DNA of 64,000 bases from contig NIVC01000040.1 of the NCBI GenBank assembly GCA_002269645.1, positions 992,001 through 1,056,000 on the forward strand, in the 5' to 3' direction. The notes under the pieces are model-generated. The model was not told the DNA's origin and did not search any database. It saw only the letters and a program-made list of their open reading frames with translations. Made by a program: the position numbers and the translations under genes. This DNA comes from Macrostomum lignano. Lineage: Eukaryota. The stretch's first letter is position 1. Every line of letters begins with the position of its first letter. Below, in pieces: positions 1-25,101 of this stretch.

Positions 1-360
1 AAACACTCTCGCAGGCGAGTTTAGCGCCAATTAAACACTCTCTCAGGCGAGAGTTTAGCGCCGAATTAACACTCTCTCACTGGGACTTAGGTGGTTAAAA
101 TTAAATTGAATATGTAATTAGAGATTCAAATGCAAGAAATTATGACTAAGATATTCTAACTTTCCTACTGAGACTTATGGGCAGTAGGGTGTTGACAAAC
201 AATTATATATCATCAATGTGGCTAAAAACGTTATTTTTAATAGCATTTGATTTCACAAATCGCAAGGAACTATGTTTCACATCGCCTAAAAGATTTAACC
301 ATCCAGTATCAACAAACACCTCGAAACCTTTACAAGACATGATACTGATGAGATTAATGA

Positions 361-562
361 TATTGGGGTGAGATATTGGTGACATTGGGGTGATTTTGGT
401 GACATTGGGGTGATTTTGGTGACATTGGGTGAGATATTAGTGGCATTGGGTGAGATATTGGTGACATTGGGGTGAGATATTGGTAACATTGGGGTGAGAT
501 ATTGGTGACATTGAGGTGAGATATGGTGACATTGAGGTGAGATATGGTGACATTGGGGTGAG
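361..562. repeat. ~22-bp minisatellite
   Basis: Unit gagatattggtgacattggggt. Confidence 0.9.
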
Positions 563-899
563 TTTGGTAGTCTACATGCATTACATATCTATACAAGGAG
601 TTCCATGATGTTACTATACACATGTAGATTAGATCACTTGTGACCGTGGATTGGAGCAGACTCAAAGAAAGCAGCTCGCTATCAAGCTCGTTCATCACTC
701 CCCACCTCCGCACAAATTGCCGGAATCCTATTGGCTCCCTGACCCGCGACTCAAGCATAGCCAACCCCGCAGGTCCCGGTCTCCCTGCTCCCAATTTTTC
801 CAGCGATCTTATAAATGAATTTAAGTCGATAATTTTTACTTCTGAACTTCCCTAAACTACAGTATAAGAGGAAAGTTAACTGCACAGCTAAGCTGAAGC

Positions 900-13664
<12,765 letters not shown>

Positions 13665-15086
13665 CCTGCAGTCTGGGAGCATTGTGCCGTCTTCCAATTC
13701 GAAGGTCGGATGTCACATGACTGCAGCGGGATAGACCGTTTGTGTATACCTTAATTTTTACTATGGATTGAAATAGCTCAAATCAAAATTCAGCTTAAAG
13801 AGCAATAGTCAATGTAGAGAAGACGCACTGCTTTCGAGTGCAGCAACGACTTAGGCACGAGTGCGCGGAGCGCACGAGACCTAGATCGTAGCTGTTCATC
13901 ACTCAACTGACGCAGCATCATTTTGGAGGGGTTTTTAGGGGTATCTAGCAATCAAGCCAGATTCTTGCACGCTTTAAATGTCTATGGCCGAAGCCAACGT
14001 CTGAGCTAACTACTTAATGCTATATTTAGCATTACCTCGCTGACCTCGCTTGGCTTGGCCCGTCTCTTCACTGCTCTAAACTGCCCAGATCTTTGGGCCA
14101 TAGACATATTTGGAGCGTGCAACATTGAAGTATTGTTGCACGCTCCAAATGTCTATGGGTAATAGGCGCCCAAAATAATACAATGTTTTTGACCGAGGAA
14201 GATATTTATAAGATCATTTTATTAGACTTGCATTAGTCTCGAGACCAAAACTAAGCTTTGATAGGAAAAACACGACCATGAGACAGGATTGCATGTCGTT
14301 TGCAATTTGTTTAGGGTATTTGAATGATTGAATTATTCTATTCGAAGCAACTTTTGTTGATTAATTTCTAAAACTCTACCATTCGTGTACATGAAAACTT
14401 TGTTATACTTTGTACATTTAAACAAGCATGTCAGATTTATTAACGCCCAATCGCTTTTATTATTGCAAAAGTAACACAAAATATATTAACGATTCCCCTT
14501 CCTCCTTCTCGTTGATAAAGTACACAAATTGTGTGAATTGTACTTTTAGCTTTAATATATCATAACGATCTGTATATTTTGTACCTGAATTGTACGTGAA
14601 ATCACTTAAAAAAATTTACGAAGTCATTTGCTTACGAAGACAGTTGAAAAAGTAAAATTATAATAAATAATAGTAAGAAACAGAAGGTATTAGCAAACGA
14701 ATTACTAATAGTAGTGTATACAAGAGTGCGTCTGTTTCTTTACAAAATAAAAAGTTAAAAAAGGCGAAGAGGAAACACAAAACACTTGACATGCAATAAT
14801 TTACACAAAAGGTGGACAATCTGATCAAAATCAGTAATTCATAATCGAATACTTAATTTCTTCAAGAGGGACTCTGACAGTACAAAAAAACATAAAACAG
14901 GACAGCTTGAGCAATGTCAATAATAATGGCTGGCCACAACTAGCCAACATGAATAACAGAAACAGAAATTAATTTGCTTTGAAACTACTTTTTCGAATTA
15001 AATAAAAGTAGTCAGTAATCTTGCTAAGGCGGATAAAAATGCAAAAGCTATTTAAAAAAGACTTGGCTAAAGCAAATAGTAATAAA

Positions 15087-15358
15087 AACGAGACAGAACA
15101 AAGACTACACAGAGAAGCAAACGGTAAGAATGAGACAGAACAAAGACTACACAGAGAAGCAAACGGTGAGAATGAGACAGAACAAAGACTCTACAGAGAA
15201 GCAAATGGTGAGAATGAGACAGAACAAAGACTACACAGAGAAGCAAACGGTGAGAATGAGACAGAACAAAGACTTCACAGAGAAGCAAACGGTGAAAATG
15301 CGACAGAACAAAGACTCCATAGAGAAGCAAACGGTGACAATGAGACAGAACAAAGACT
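15087..15358. repeat. 42-bp minisatellite, ~6.5 copies, just downstream of the STK11 stop
   Basis: Unit gagacagaacaaagactacacagagaagcaaacggtgagaat. Confidence 0.95.
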
Positions 15359-15465
15359 TGTGAATACAGAGAACCAACACATGATTCAGAGAAAACAAAG
15401 AGTAAAGAAAAAGCAAGAAATAGACAAATATCCTTTATACACAACAAAGATTATCAATTGCCAAC

Positions 15466-17564
15466 TCAAGAAAGGTCGCAACGATGTTTTTTCTTCCCAG
15501 TCTTTCTCTCCACCTGTTTGATGGTCCGCTCAGCCGAAGCAGCAGAAGGGGTGCAGTCCACAGTCACAGGAGACCTGCTCTGACCAGCCAGTCTGTACTG
15601 ACTCATAATTCGATCGATTGCAACCGACTCAGACTCAAATTCAATAACATCAGTGGGTTGAATCCAGTTAGCATCGGGCTTGGACTGCTCAAGCATCCAG
15701 CGATATTTTCTAGCCTGCTCTATGGAGGGCCGGTTGCCTGGCTGCTGGGACATGAGCTCGGCGATCAGTTCCCGGCACGGCTTGCTAACCCAATCTGGCA
15801 GGGTGTAGCTACCGGCTGCTATGGCCTCGTAGATTTGCAGCACGCTGCGACCCGTGTACGGCACTTGGCCGCTGACCATGAAGTAGAGGCTGACGCCGCA
15901 GCAGTACATGTCCAGTTTGCGGCCGGAAAGCCGCCTGCAACCTGTGGCCACCTGGCGATGAGGGATGACGGATGGGCAGTCAGCTGAGCTGCTGCTCAAG
16001 CGGTACACGCTTGTCGTGCGATTCATAGCCATGAGGGCCAACCTCCAAAGCGCAGAGAGTGTACATGCCTAACGATAAGAAAGTCAGGGCCCGCTGTACA
16101 CCCTGTGTGAGCGTGTGCACGATTGTGTGGCTGCCTACAGTATCTACGCGCTCAAGTATGTGTTCAGGAGTCAGTCCCGATGAAAACGGTTACCCAGGCC
16201 AAGAAGCGTCTCAGAGTCACTTGCGTCGCTGCAGATTTGCTGCAGGTAACACAGGTAAAGTAGGAAAGCAGTGATTCCTAGATAACTCTAAAGCAACAAG
16301 ATGTCACGGTGCAAGTCACCAAAAAGTCGTCAAACAGTCGCCTAAGAGTCAATTTGAAGCGTTTTATTGTCCGAAACTTTAAAACGACTCTGAGACGACG
16401 CAAGTGACTCTGGGGTCGTAGAGTCGTACCTGAGGCGTGCTGGAGTCGCTTTAGAATCACAGAGCTGCGTCTAAAGCGCATCTGCGTCACTTAATGAATC
16501 AAAATCGCATTTTGCATTTGTAACAACTCTATATTCAACTTGAGTTAGTAGTGCTGTGCTTACACAACGACTGTTGGACGACTTTTCGCAACTATTTTAC
16601 GATTCTGCAACTCTCACGTGATGGGCCCGTGACTCAACAGTCGCTAGAGTCACTAGTGAGATGTTTGCAATAACTCTATAGCGATTCTGGTCACGATAAC
16701 GTGTTCACAGCCTTCCTACGAATCATTATTTTATAATAAATCACAGGTCAGGGTTCAGGTAATCACGGATGAGGATTTAGGCACTTTAGACTCGATAGAA
16801 ATTTGGGATTTTAGGACTACACAAGTGCTAGTTGGCTGGCTACAAAGACTTTATTTTGATACCTCGGGCGGTTGAATAGCGGGCGTGGCCTGACTGCCAG
16901 TGATGACGTCATCATCGGCAGAATCGGCGGTCGGACCCAGCTCCGACAGCCATTCGCAGACGCCAAAATCGGTTATTTTAATTTCGTGTACTTCTGTCAG
17001 CAACAAATTGCCAGGCTTGAGGTCTTTGTGCACCAGGCGCATGGAGTGCAGGTACTCGACGCCATTTAGTAGTTGGGCAAAATAGCAGCGAGCCTGAGAT
17101 TCTGGCAGGTGACGGCAGGTAGGCAACTCGCCGTCTGACGTGTCGCTAAATGATGCAGGCTCCAGGCCTTTAGTCTGCAGGTCATGCAGACTGCAGACTG
17201 CCCACTCCATCACTAGGTAACGCTTTGCACCATCATTAGAAAGAAAATCAGCGAAGAGTTTAGCGACATTTTTATGCTCCAATCGTTTCATGGCATCGGC
17301 CTCCCGATCGACATTTTCAACTCCGCGCGGCAGTTTCTTTACTAATCTAAGAGTGATGATCTTCACAGCCAATCGGCGCTGGTCGTCAATGTCAACGCAT
17401 AGTTTGACTTTGCCATAGGAGCCTTCGCCTAGCAGGCCGCCAACTAAATAACGATTTAGCAGCAGTTTTGGCACTTTAGTGGCATAAACTATTGGTGGGG
17501 CATCCAGCTTGGTTATCAAATCGTTTAAATTGCATGAGAATGAATCATCAGCCATTGCTTCCAT
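15466..17564 (-). CDS. STK11: Serine/threonine kinase LKB1/STK11-like, 2 exons, ~395 aa
   Basis: Exons 17564-16863 and 15951-15466, phase-0 intron joining PPE|VATG. Motifs LGEGSYGKVK, AVKI, HKDLKPGNLLL, DFG, GSQATPAIQPPE, SGRKLDMYCCGVSLY match the LKB1 pattern (LGEGSYGKVK, HKDIKPGNLLL, SQGSPAFQPPE, SGFKVDIWSAGVTLY). Ends in a polybasic tail plus CDLS. Confidence 0.9.
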
Positions 17565-17946
17565 AGTGTGTAAATAATACTGAATTAGGAAAATATTTAA
17601 TAGTTAGCTCGTGCATAAATGATATTTGAATACTATTAAATAAAAGTAGATATACACCATTTAGAAGGTAGCTTATTAGATAAAATAATTAAATAAGAGA
17701 TTTTATTATTCTTGTTTTTTGTTTGCTTCTGTTTCTTACATTTTTGTTTCTTGAAATTATAGGATGAATGCAAATTGATGTTACTAAAAGTATCTGTTAG
17801 ACTCAGGCTAGTACTCATATACTGAGCATTGTGCAACAGCCATCCAAATCTACAATTGTACAAGTCAAAAGGTAACATTAATAGGATCTATTGCTAAAAT
17901 GCCAAGTAGCAATTATATTAAAACCTGAATCCTTTTAAGTTGCTTG

Positions 17947-18125
17947 CAGTGGCGCAACCAGGGGGGGGCAGGGGGGGGGGCAGTTGTCCCCCCCTTAGGC
18001 GGGGGACCGAAAAAAAATCAAAGGGGGGACCAAGCGAATTTTCGCCAAAAACAGAGCCACCCCTCCGCCGCCCCCCCCCCCTTCCTGGGACTTTACCCTC
18101 AGAATCTGCCCCCCTTGAAAAATTT
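17947..18125. mobile_element. Possible hAT-like DNA transposon terminus
   Basis: Starts CAGTGGCG followed by G- and C-run subterminal sequence, bordering an AT-rich island; no partner TIR found nearby. Confidence 0.35.
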
Positions 18126-19699
18126 CTGGTTGTGCTACTGGTTGCTTGGGCTTAGTACCTATAAAAATGCAAACTTCTTAAGGCTTATAATATCACTATA
18201 TGTAGCAGCATATGATATTAAGAGCTAGATTCATGCAATGCTATATAAGACAAGAAGACACAAACAAAAATACAATTGTGTATATAAAGCAAATGCTACT
18301 TTTTAAACCACTTAAGTGCAATTAGCCCAAAGTAAAGAGACAAGGTAAAAAAATGACTAGTTAGGGGTCTATATACTCATAAATAGACCTAAGTGCAAGG
18401 GTATGAGCAAATGGTAAAGACAAGATTAGAATAAGGCTTATGATAAACAAAAATGAAGACTAATAAACATACCATGATTGATAGGATAAAGTTAAAAAAA
18501 TTACAAGCTATATCTCATTCACAATAATTTGAACACTTATTGATAGTTGATAGTTCAAAGATATTTGAATAAAAACTCTGTGAAAGTCAAATATACATAA
18601 CAATTATAAACAAAAATGCAACTAGAAACTTAGTTTTAATTTTAGTCTAAGTCTTAGTATTTAAACGATTTAAATTTTTTTATATATTGTAATAAAGTAT
18701 AGGTTGAGCTTTTAACCAGACAAAATATACTATATATAGCATTTGTTAGCTAAGTTTAATAGATAACTCAAAATAAAATCTTGTAATTATGGATGCAAAG
18801 CTAACATTTATTGATTTATCAATAATAGCACTATAGTTTCAATCTAATATTAATAACAGTTAAAATTCTTATAATATTTTAATAATAGGATTAGCTAGAT
18901 ATTTGATAGGTGTTCAATAATAGTATTTGTGTGGATATGTCATATGTGTTGCTTAGTGTAGTCTAGTTTTCTATCTATAGCTTGATAGCTAAATATAGTC
19001 ATGGAAATTCAATGAAGAAGAAGAATGAATTATTCTTAAGCAAAGGATTTTTAAGTTTTTTGTTTTCGTTGATTGTAGCAGTAAGCTTTGGAGAAACACG
19101 TACAACTTCAAACAAGAGCTTCAAAGAAGAGAGCTCGAACTAAATTGTGTCTAAGAAATTTGTGATTTTAATTTCTCGCCGCGTTTTTTTCTCCACTGCG
19201 GCTCTTCACGACGTTTTTCGAGCTCAAACATCGATCGATCTTAGAAACAAAATAACTGCTATTCCATAACGAGAAATCGGTAGGAACGGTAAAAGCATTG
19301 AATTGGCAGAGTCTGTCTAATCTGCAATTATTTCTTTTCAAAGAAAATTATTTTTTTATTATAGCTACGCAATATAATGACTTTAATTCACTAATTCAGC
19401 AAACTAGATGAATACAGGATAATACTCGTATAAGATCTCATTTGATGACGGTTTCAACCGAATCACTGTTCCGTGGTGTGTGCAGTTTTCACCGCTTGAT
19501 TAGCGGTGAAGCTTGATTGTGTTTTTCAAGTGAAATGGCGATTGCAGCCACGACTGCCAGGCACTAAATGTGATATCGTTCAGTTCGATTTGAAAAATTG
19601 ATTATATCAAGAGTAAGGCGCAAGAACTTCTGAAGTATTGAATGTATAGACCCTGTTGAGATTTTTTTAATAGAGTTTTTTAATGAAACTCGCCAACTG

Positions 19700-20504
19700 G
19701 CGTTACCGGTAAGCTAAAGAACATCATTTTCCATTCGGACAGCCAAGCTGCCTTGTTCGCCATCAGTGGCTGCAGCAGCAATTCTGCTACAGAATCACCA
19801 ACAAAATCACCCTCAAGTGGGTTCCGGGGCATGTGGGGATCCGAGGGAATGAGTTGGCTGACGCCCTTGCGAAAGTTGGCGCCTCTGGCTCCGATCTCTC
19901 GGTCCCGAACCCCTTGTCCCGATTCCTGGCTGTGTCATCGACTCGCGCATCAAAGCGTGGATCAGGACCCCGCACCGCTCGACTTGGGGGAACTGCACCA
20001 CCTGCAGGCAATCCAGAGGCGCTGTCCCTCAGCCCTCTCACCAGCTCCGGAAGCTCCTCTTGCGCCTCTTGCGCAGAGACATCCGGGCTGCCACCCTTTC
20101 AGGTCACGGCTGCTTCTCTAGGCACCAGTACCTGCAGGGCAACGCCACCAACGCCATCTGCAGTTTCTGTAACTCAGGTGACGAAACCGCTGAGCATTTC
20201 GTCAGCATCTGTCCCGCCTTTACGCGAGCCAGACTCACTTACCTTGGGCCACACACATCTATTACTGAAGCGTGCAAACCCGAAAACTTAAATCAGCTCA
20301 TGCGCTACCTCCGGGCCACCCACAGGGCTGAACTCTCCTTTCCAGAGAGCACTATAGCTGCTGGCGACACTGGGGGACCTCCCTGGGCGGCGCCAACCCT
20401 TTGTCCATAGCGACGCGTCGGCCGTTCAGGGATTAGCGGAATGGGCGTTCGCGCCTTCCCGCTGTGTCCCCCGGGACAGCCCTGCAGCTAAGTCAAAGTA
20501 AGTC
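19700..20504 (+). mobile_element. 5'-truncated RNase H-encoding LINE (LOA/I-like) 3' end
   Basis: IIFHSDSQAAL, KWVPGHVGIRGNELADALAK, LSGHGCF, CSFCNSGDETAEHFVSIC; frameshifts; 3' UTR ending in a TAAGTC-type tail. Confidence 0.85.
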
Positions 20505-21009
20505 AAGGCGCAAGCACTTCTGAATTATTGAATATATAGACCCTTCTGGCAGCTATAAATATATAGAGTATGTTGAGATTTTTTAATAGCTAGATCTTGA
20601 CTATGTACAATACTTGACGTATGAATGTACTTGACGTAAATTAGCTCCAGGAAGGTCCCAGAGGGGATTTCTTGTAGAAAATTTTCAGATCATACAAATG
20701 TATACAAATGTATCTCTGATGAGGAAAAATGAGTAGCATTTTCTTCGAAACCTGTTGAAATTGAGTGCAGTTTTACCGAAATAGAACGCAGTTTTACCGA
20801 AATAGAACGCAAAAAGGTGTAGTGACATAGAGTCTAGAGTTGTAAATCACACTGCGTTTTCTCTTGAGACGAAGCGTACGATGGTGCAAAAACTCCACAG
20901 AGACTTAAGGCTTCACTGTCGGCTTTGACAAGGAGCCCAACGAGCAGTTCAAAGAGCTCTGCGCCCGATGCTCAGGGAGCAGAAGCCACTTGACCCAAGC
21001 GGAAGCGCA

Positions 21010-21609
21010 GGCAGAACGTGGTGATTCCGTTTGATACAGTTTTTGGCCGCATACTTTCATCCTAGCTATCCGGATCACATCAACCTGGCGGGCCTAATTG
21101 GCTTAGCGCTGGGTCACGAGATCGGCCACATGTTCCATGAAGAAATGAGAAACCTTCAAGTATCCAATGTTAATGCAGAGACCCTCTGTTCAATTTATCA
21201 ACAACAACAACAAAACCTGAAACAAGTTGGTGCCATGGTTGAGCACAATTGACCCAAGATATTGTTGATATTAATGGGCACGAAAAAGCAGGCTTTCCAG
21301 TGGCTTTGCAAGGAGAAGAGCAACAGATCGGGAGGCGCGGAGCGTGAGTCCCAGACCCACGATGGACGTGCCCGATCCCGTGGGTCTGGGACTCTCGCAG
21401 GACCAACAGTACTTCGTCGTCGCTGCCCAGATTTGGTGCCACAAAACTGATACGCCGAATGCGTAGCCTTCATAAGCGCGACGAGAAGCACAATCAGCAG
21501 AGACAGCATCCGGGATGAACATGGTGACGATTTTGCCGCGGCGTTCCCGTGTCGACCTGGCGACTGAATGAACCCGATTGAGAAGTGCGACACTGCCTTT
21601 CTGATTTGA
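21010..21609 (+). pseudogene. M13 metallopeptidase (neprilysin/ECE-like) C-terminal pseudogene fragment
   Basis: Across shifting frames: QNVVIPF, YFHPSYPDHINLAG.IG.ALGHEIGHMF (HExxH), GLGLSQDQQYFVVAAQIWC, DFAAAFPC...*MNPIEKC. Several frameshifts and stops; no introns seen. Confidence 0.75.
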
Positions 21610-21713
21610 CTTTATAAAGTCATCTAAAACAGCACCGGTGTATGTGTGTTTTTTTTAGAGGCAGGGGGGTTGTGTGCACCCTGGCGCACTTTAAGCGACA
21701 TAGGCACACAACC

Positions 21714-21814
21714 GGCGAGAGGCATTACTGCCCATTCCGCCGACTCCCTTGAGCAGGCATACAAACGCGCGGATACGTACGCAGGCACACACTCACACAG
21801 GAGTGTACAGCGGC
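21714..21814 (+). repeat. Dispersed ~110-bp repeat, copy 2
   Basis: Matches 7806-7919, with a short deletion. Confidence 0.85.
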
Positions 21815-22003
21815 CCTAACTTTATATTATCGTTAGGCATGTACACTTCACTGCGCCTTGGGGGGTTGGCTCTCAAGGCCGTTAATTGCACGAGCAGAGC
21901 CAAGCCGAGATTCCAATTCAGCCCCAAATTAATGTGACTGCACTTGGAATCGAGCCTGGGTCGCTGGCACACTAGAGCAGCTGCGCTACCGCTGGGCTAC
22001 GGC
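21815..22003 (-). mobile_element. tRNA-derived SINE
   Basis: Minus strand reads A-box TAGCCCAGCGGTAG (21999-21986) and B-box-like GCTCGATTCC (21955-21946) at tRNA-like spacing, followed by non-tRNA sequence; no convincing cloverleaf. The 3' end is approximate. Confidence 0.6.
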
Positions 22004-22836
22004 TCAGCGGTATGTGTGTTTGCTGATGTAACAAAAAATAAGTTGTCAAGTCAAAGTCTAGGTGCAAACCGTTTTCTGGTGGTGTTTACGCTCGCAAGGA
22101 CGCAAACAACCTTATTATGGTTTCGACAGCTGACCATTTCATAAGCTTACAGTTTCACGAGCTCGAAAACTTCAAAAGACACGTCATTATTGTCAAAGTG
22201 TCTTAAGTTGTCAAAGCGCCGCTTTGAGTTGTCAAAACACCCGTGTGCATGAGTGCGTGAATGCGAATGGCATTGGAGCGCTTGGGTCAGGAGTCAGAAT
22301 TGCCTCAGCGCCGCATGGTGTCCACAGTTATTATTAAGATTGTTATTAAAACATAGATGAATTTCATGTACCTTTATACCTGGCTTCATTGTGGGTGTTC
22401 CTCCTGGGTCCACCCACCATATCAACAACTAGTTGGTATGGAACTTACACGTACGTTCATTGTTCTCGTCATCAGTATAATACGTAATTGCACATCCGTA
22501 ATGCTAACTAAGGTCATCCTCACCTGCACTTTTAAAGCTGTATTGCAATTAAGAGTCCTGCATTTCGTCAGAAGCCCCCTGCAGTTGCTGTCCTGGCTAC
22601 GGTCTACAGAAGCATCAGTGCATTAAATTTCTACAAATATGCGCAGAGTTTAATTTCAACCCCGATTTTTGCTTGCAATTTTTGGCTTTGCTAAAAGCTT
22701 TTATTGAGAGTTTTGAACAAAACAATGGGCTGGTGAATTCTGCCTTTAAAACGTCGCAAATCATATTACAGACATTTAACCTCAAATCTTTCGGGGCTAG
22801 ATAAAAGCATTATTTATAATGTAATAATACAATATG

Positions 22837-23277
<441 letters not shown>

Positions 23278-23983
23278 GATAAAACAATGACATTGGTAGT
23301 CCTTGAGACACGCTGATTGCACTCTTTGAACCAGAATTTCGCAGCATTTTTAGTGGATTGAATCAGTGCAGAACACTTGTAGGACTGCCGCTCGTACGTG
23401 AAATTCGCAGTGTAGCGCTTGAAAAAATTAAATCTACAAACCAATCTTGAACGGCAAAGAACGGCAAAGAATACCTTGGCTTGTCCTGCCGGTTTAAACA
23501 AAATGAAGAGCCAATCGCTGCGAGGCTTTAGGAAGCTTCACGGATTAAGGTGTTTGCTAAATCATGCTTTTTTCGCGCCTGTCCCCACACCCTTGAAAAA
23601 AGGCATTTCCTAATTAGAACTGGCTGGGGAACGGTTGTTCCCACTGAATATCAGTACTGCGTTCCCTTTCCTCAATAATATTATCCCAGTATATGTTTAA
23701 CAGTTGTAACCGCCTGGGGCAGTGCAGGCTGTAATGTTTATAGCTTGAGACGTACGCCGAAGTTGAGTTTGCTACCGATAAAACTGTTGAGCAGATAAGC
23801 TCGTGCAGGCATCAACGCCAGCTTTCAGGAAAGCATTTTTGTGGGATTTGTCATCGCTATTAGTGCAATTCAATTTGCGCATTGTTTGACATACAATCAT
23901 TTCTCTCTGCTTTGCTTGCATCCAGTCTTTGTAGCTGCGTGTCTCATTCACTCCGGTACCTGCTTCTCATTGGTGTCTTTTGT

Positions 23984-24890
23984 CTTCTCCTTCCTCTCCT
24001 CTCTCCTCTCTCGTCTCGTCTCCTCTCTCTCTCCTCTCTCCTCTCTCGTCTCCTCTCTCCTCTCCTCTCTCTCTCCTCTCTCCTCTCTCCTCTCTCCTCT
24101 CTCCTCTCCTCTCTCTCCTCTCTCCTCTCTCGTCTCCTCTCTCCTCTCCTCTCTCTCTCCTCTCTCCTCTCTCGTCTCCTCTTTCCTCTCCTCTCTCTCC
24201 TCTCTCCTTTCTCGTCTCCTCTCTCCTCTCCTCTCTCTCTCCTCTCTCCTCTCCTCTCTCTCTCCTCTCTCCTCTCTCGTCTCCTCTCTCTCTCCTCTCT
24301 CCTCTCTCCTCTCTCCTCTCTCCTCTCTCCTCTCTCCTCTCCTCTCTCCTCTCTCGTCTCCTCTCTCCTCTCCTCTCTCTCTCTCCTCTCTCCTCTCTCG
24401 TCTCCTCTTTACTCTCCTCTCTCTCTCCTCTCTCCTTTCTCGTCTCCTCTCTCCTCTCCTCTCTCTCTCCTCTCTCCTATCTCCTCTCTCCTCTCCTCTC
24501 TCTCTCCTCTCTACTCTCTCGTCTCTCCTCTCCTCTCCTCTCTCTCCTCTCTCCTCTCTCGTCTCCTCTTTCCTCTCCTCTCTCTCTCCTCTCTCCTCTC
24601 TCGTCTCCTCTTTCCTCTCCTCTCTCTCTCCTCTCTCCTTTCTCGTCTCCTCTCTCCCCTCCTCTCTCTCTCCTCTCCTCTCTCTCTCCCCTCTCTCCTC
24701 TCTCGTCTCTCCTCTCCTCTCCTCTCTCTCCTCTCTCCTCTCTCGTCTCTCGTCTCCTCTCTCATCTCTTCTCTCCTCTCTCCTATCTCCTCTCCTCTCT
24801 CCTCTCCTCTCTCCTCTCTCCTCTCCTCTATTTTCTCCTTCTTCTCCTCCCTTATCCCTTTCTCCTCTGACACTCTTCACTCTCCTCTCT
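23984..24890. repeat. CT-rich polypyrimidine repeat
   Basis: ctctcct/ctcgtct units. Confidence 0.95.
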
Positions 24891-25101
24891 TTCTGTTTCA
24901 ACTGTGCTCATGCATTCAGCTTCGCTCTGAAAAACTTGTATTTGCGTACAGTTAAAGTACCATAAGAACAAAACAGCTGATAAACCCATAAAGCACTGCT
25001 TGCCAACAGTTATTAATTCAAGTTTATTTTACCATTTTTCAATAGTGGCACACAGACTCCTTTGATTTGATTTTTCATGGTTTCGTGAACAAGAAACTTT
25101 T

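Noticed and set aside
15021-15521. 166-aa ORF with 14-aa repeats (NGENETEQRLHREA)
   Set aside because: A 42-bp minisatellite that is open in several frames on both strands, with a non-ATG start and overlap with the STK11 end.
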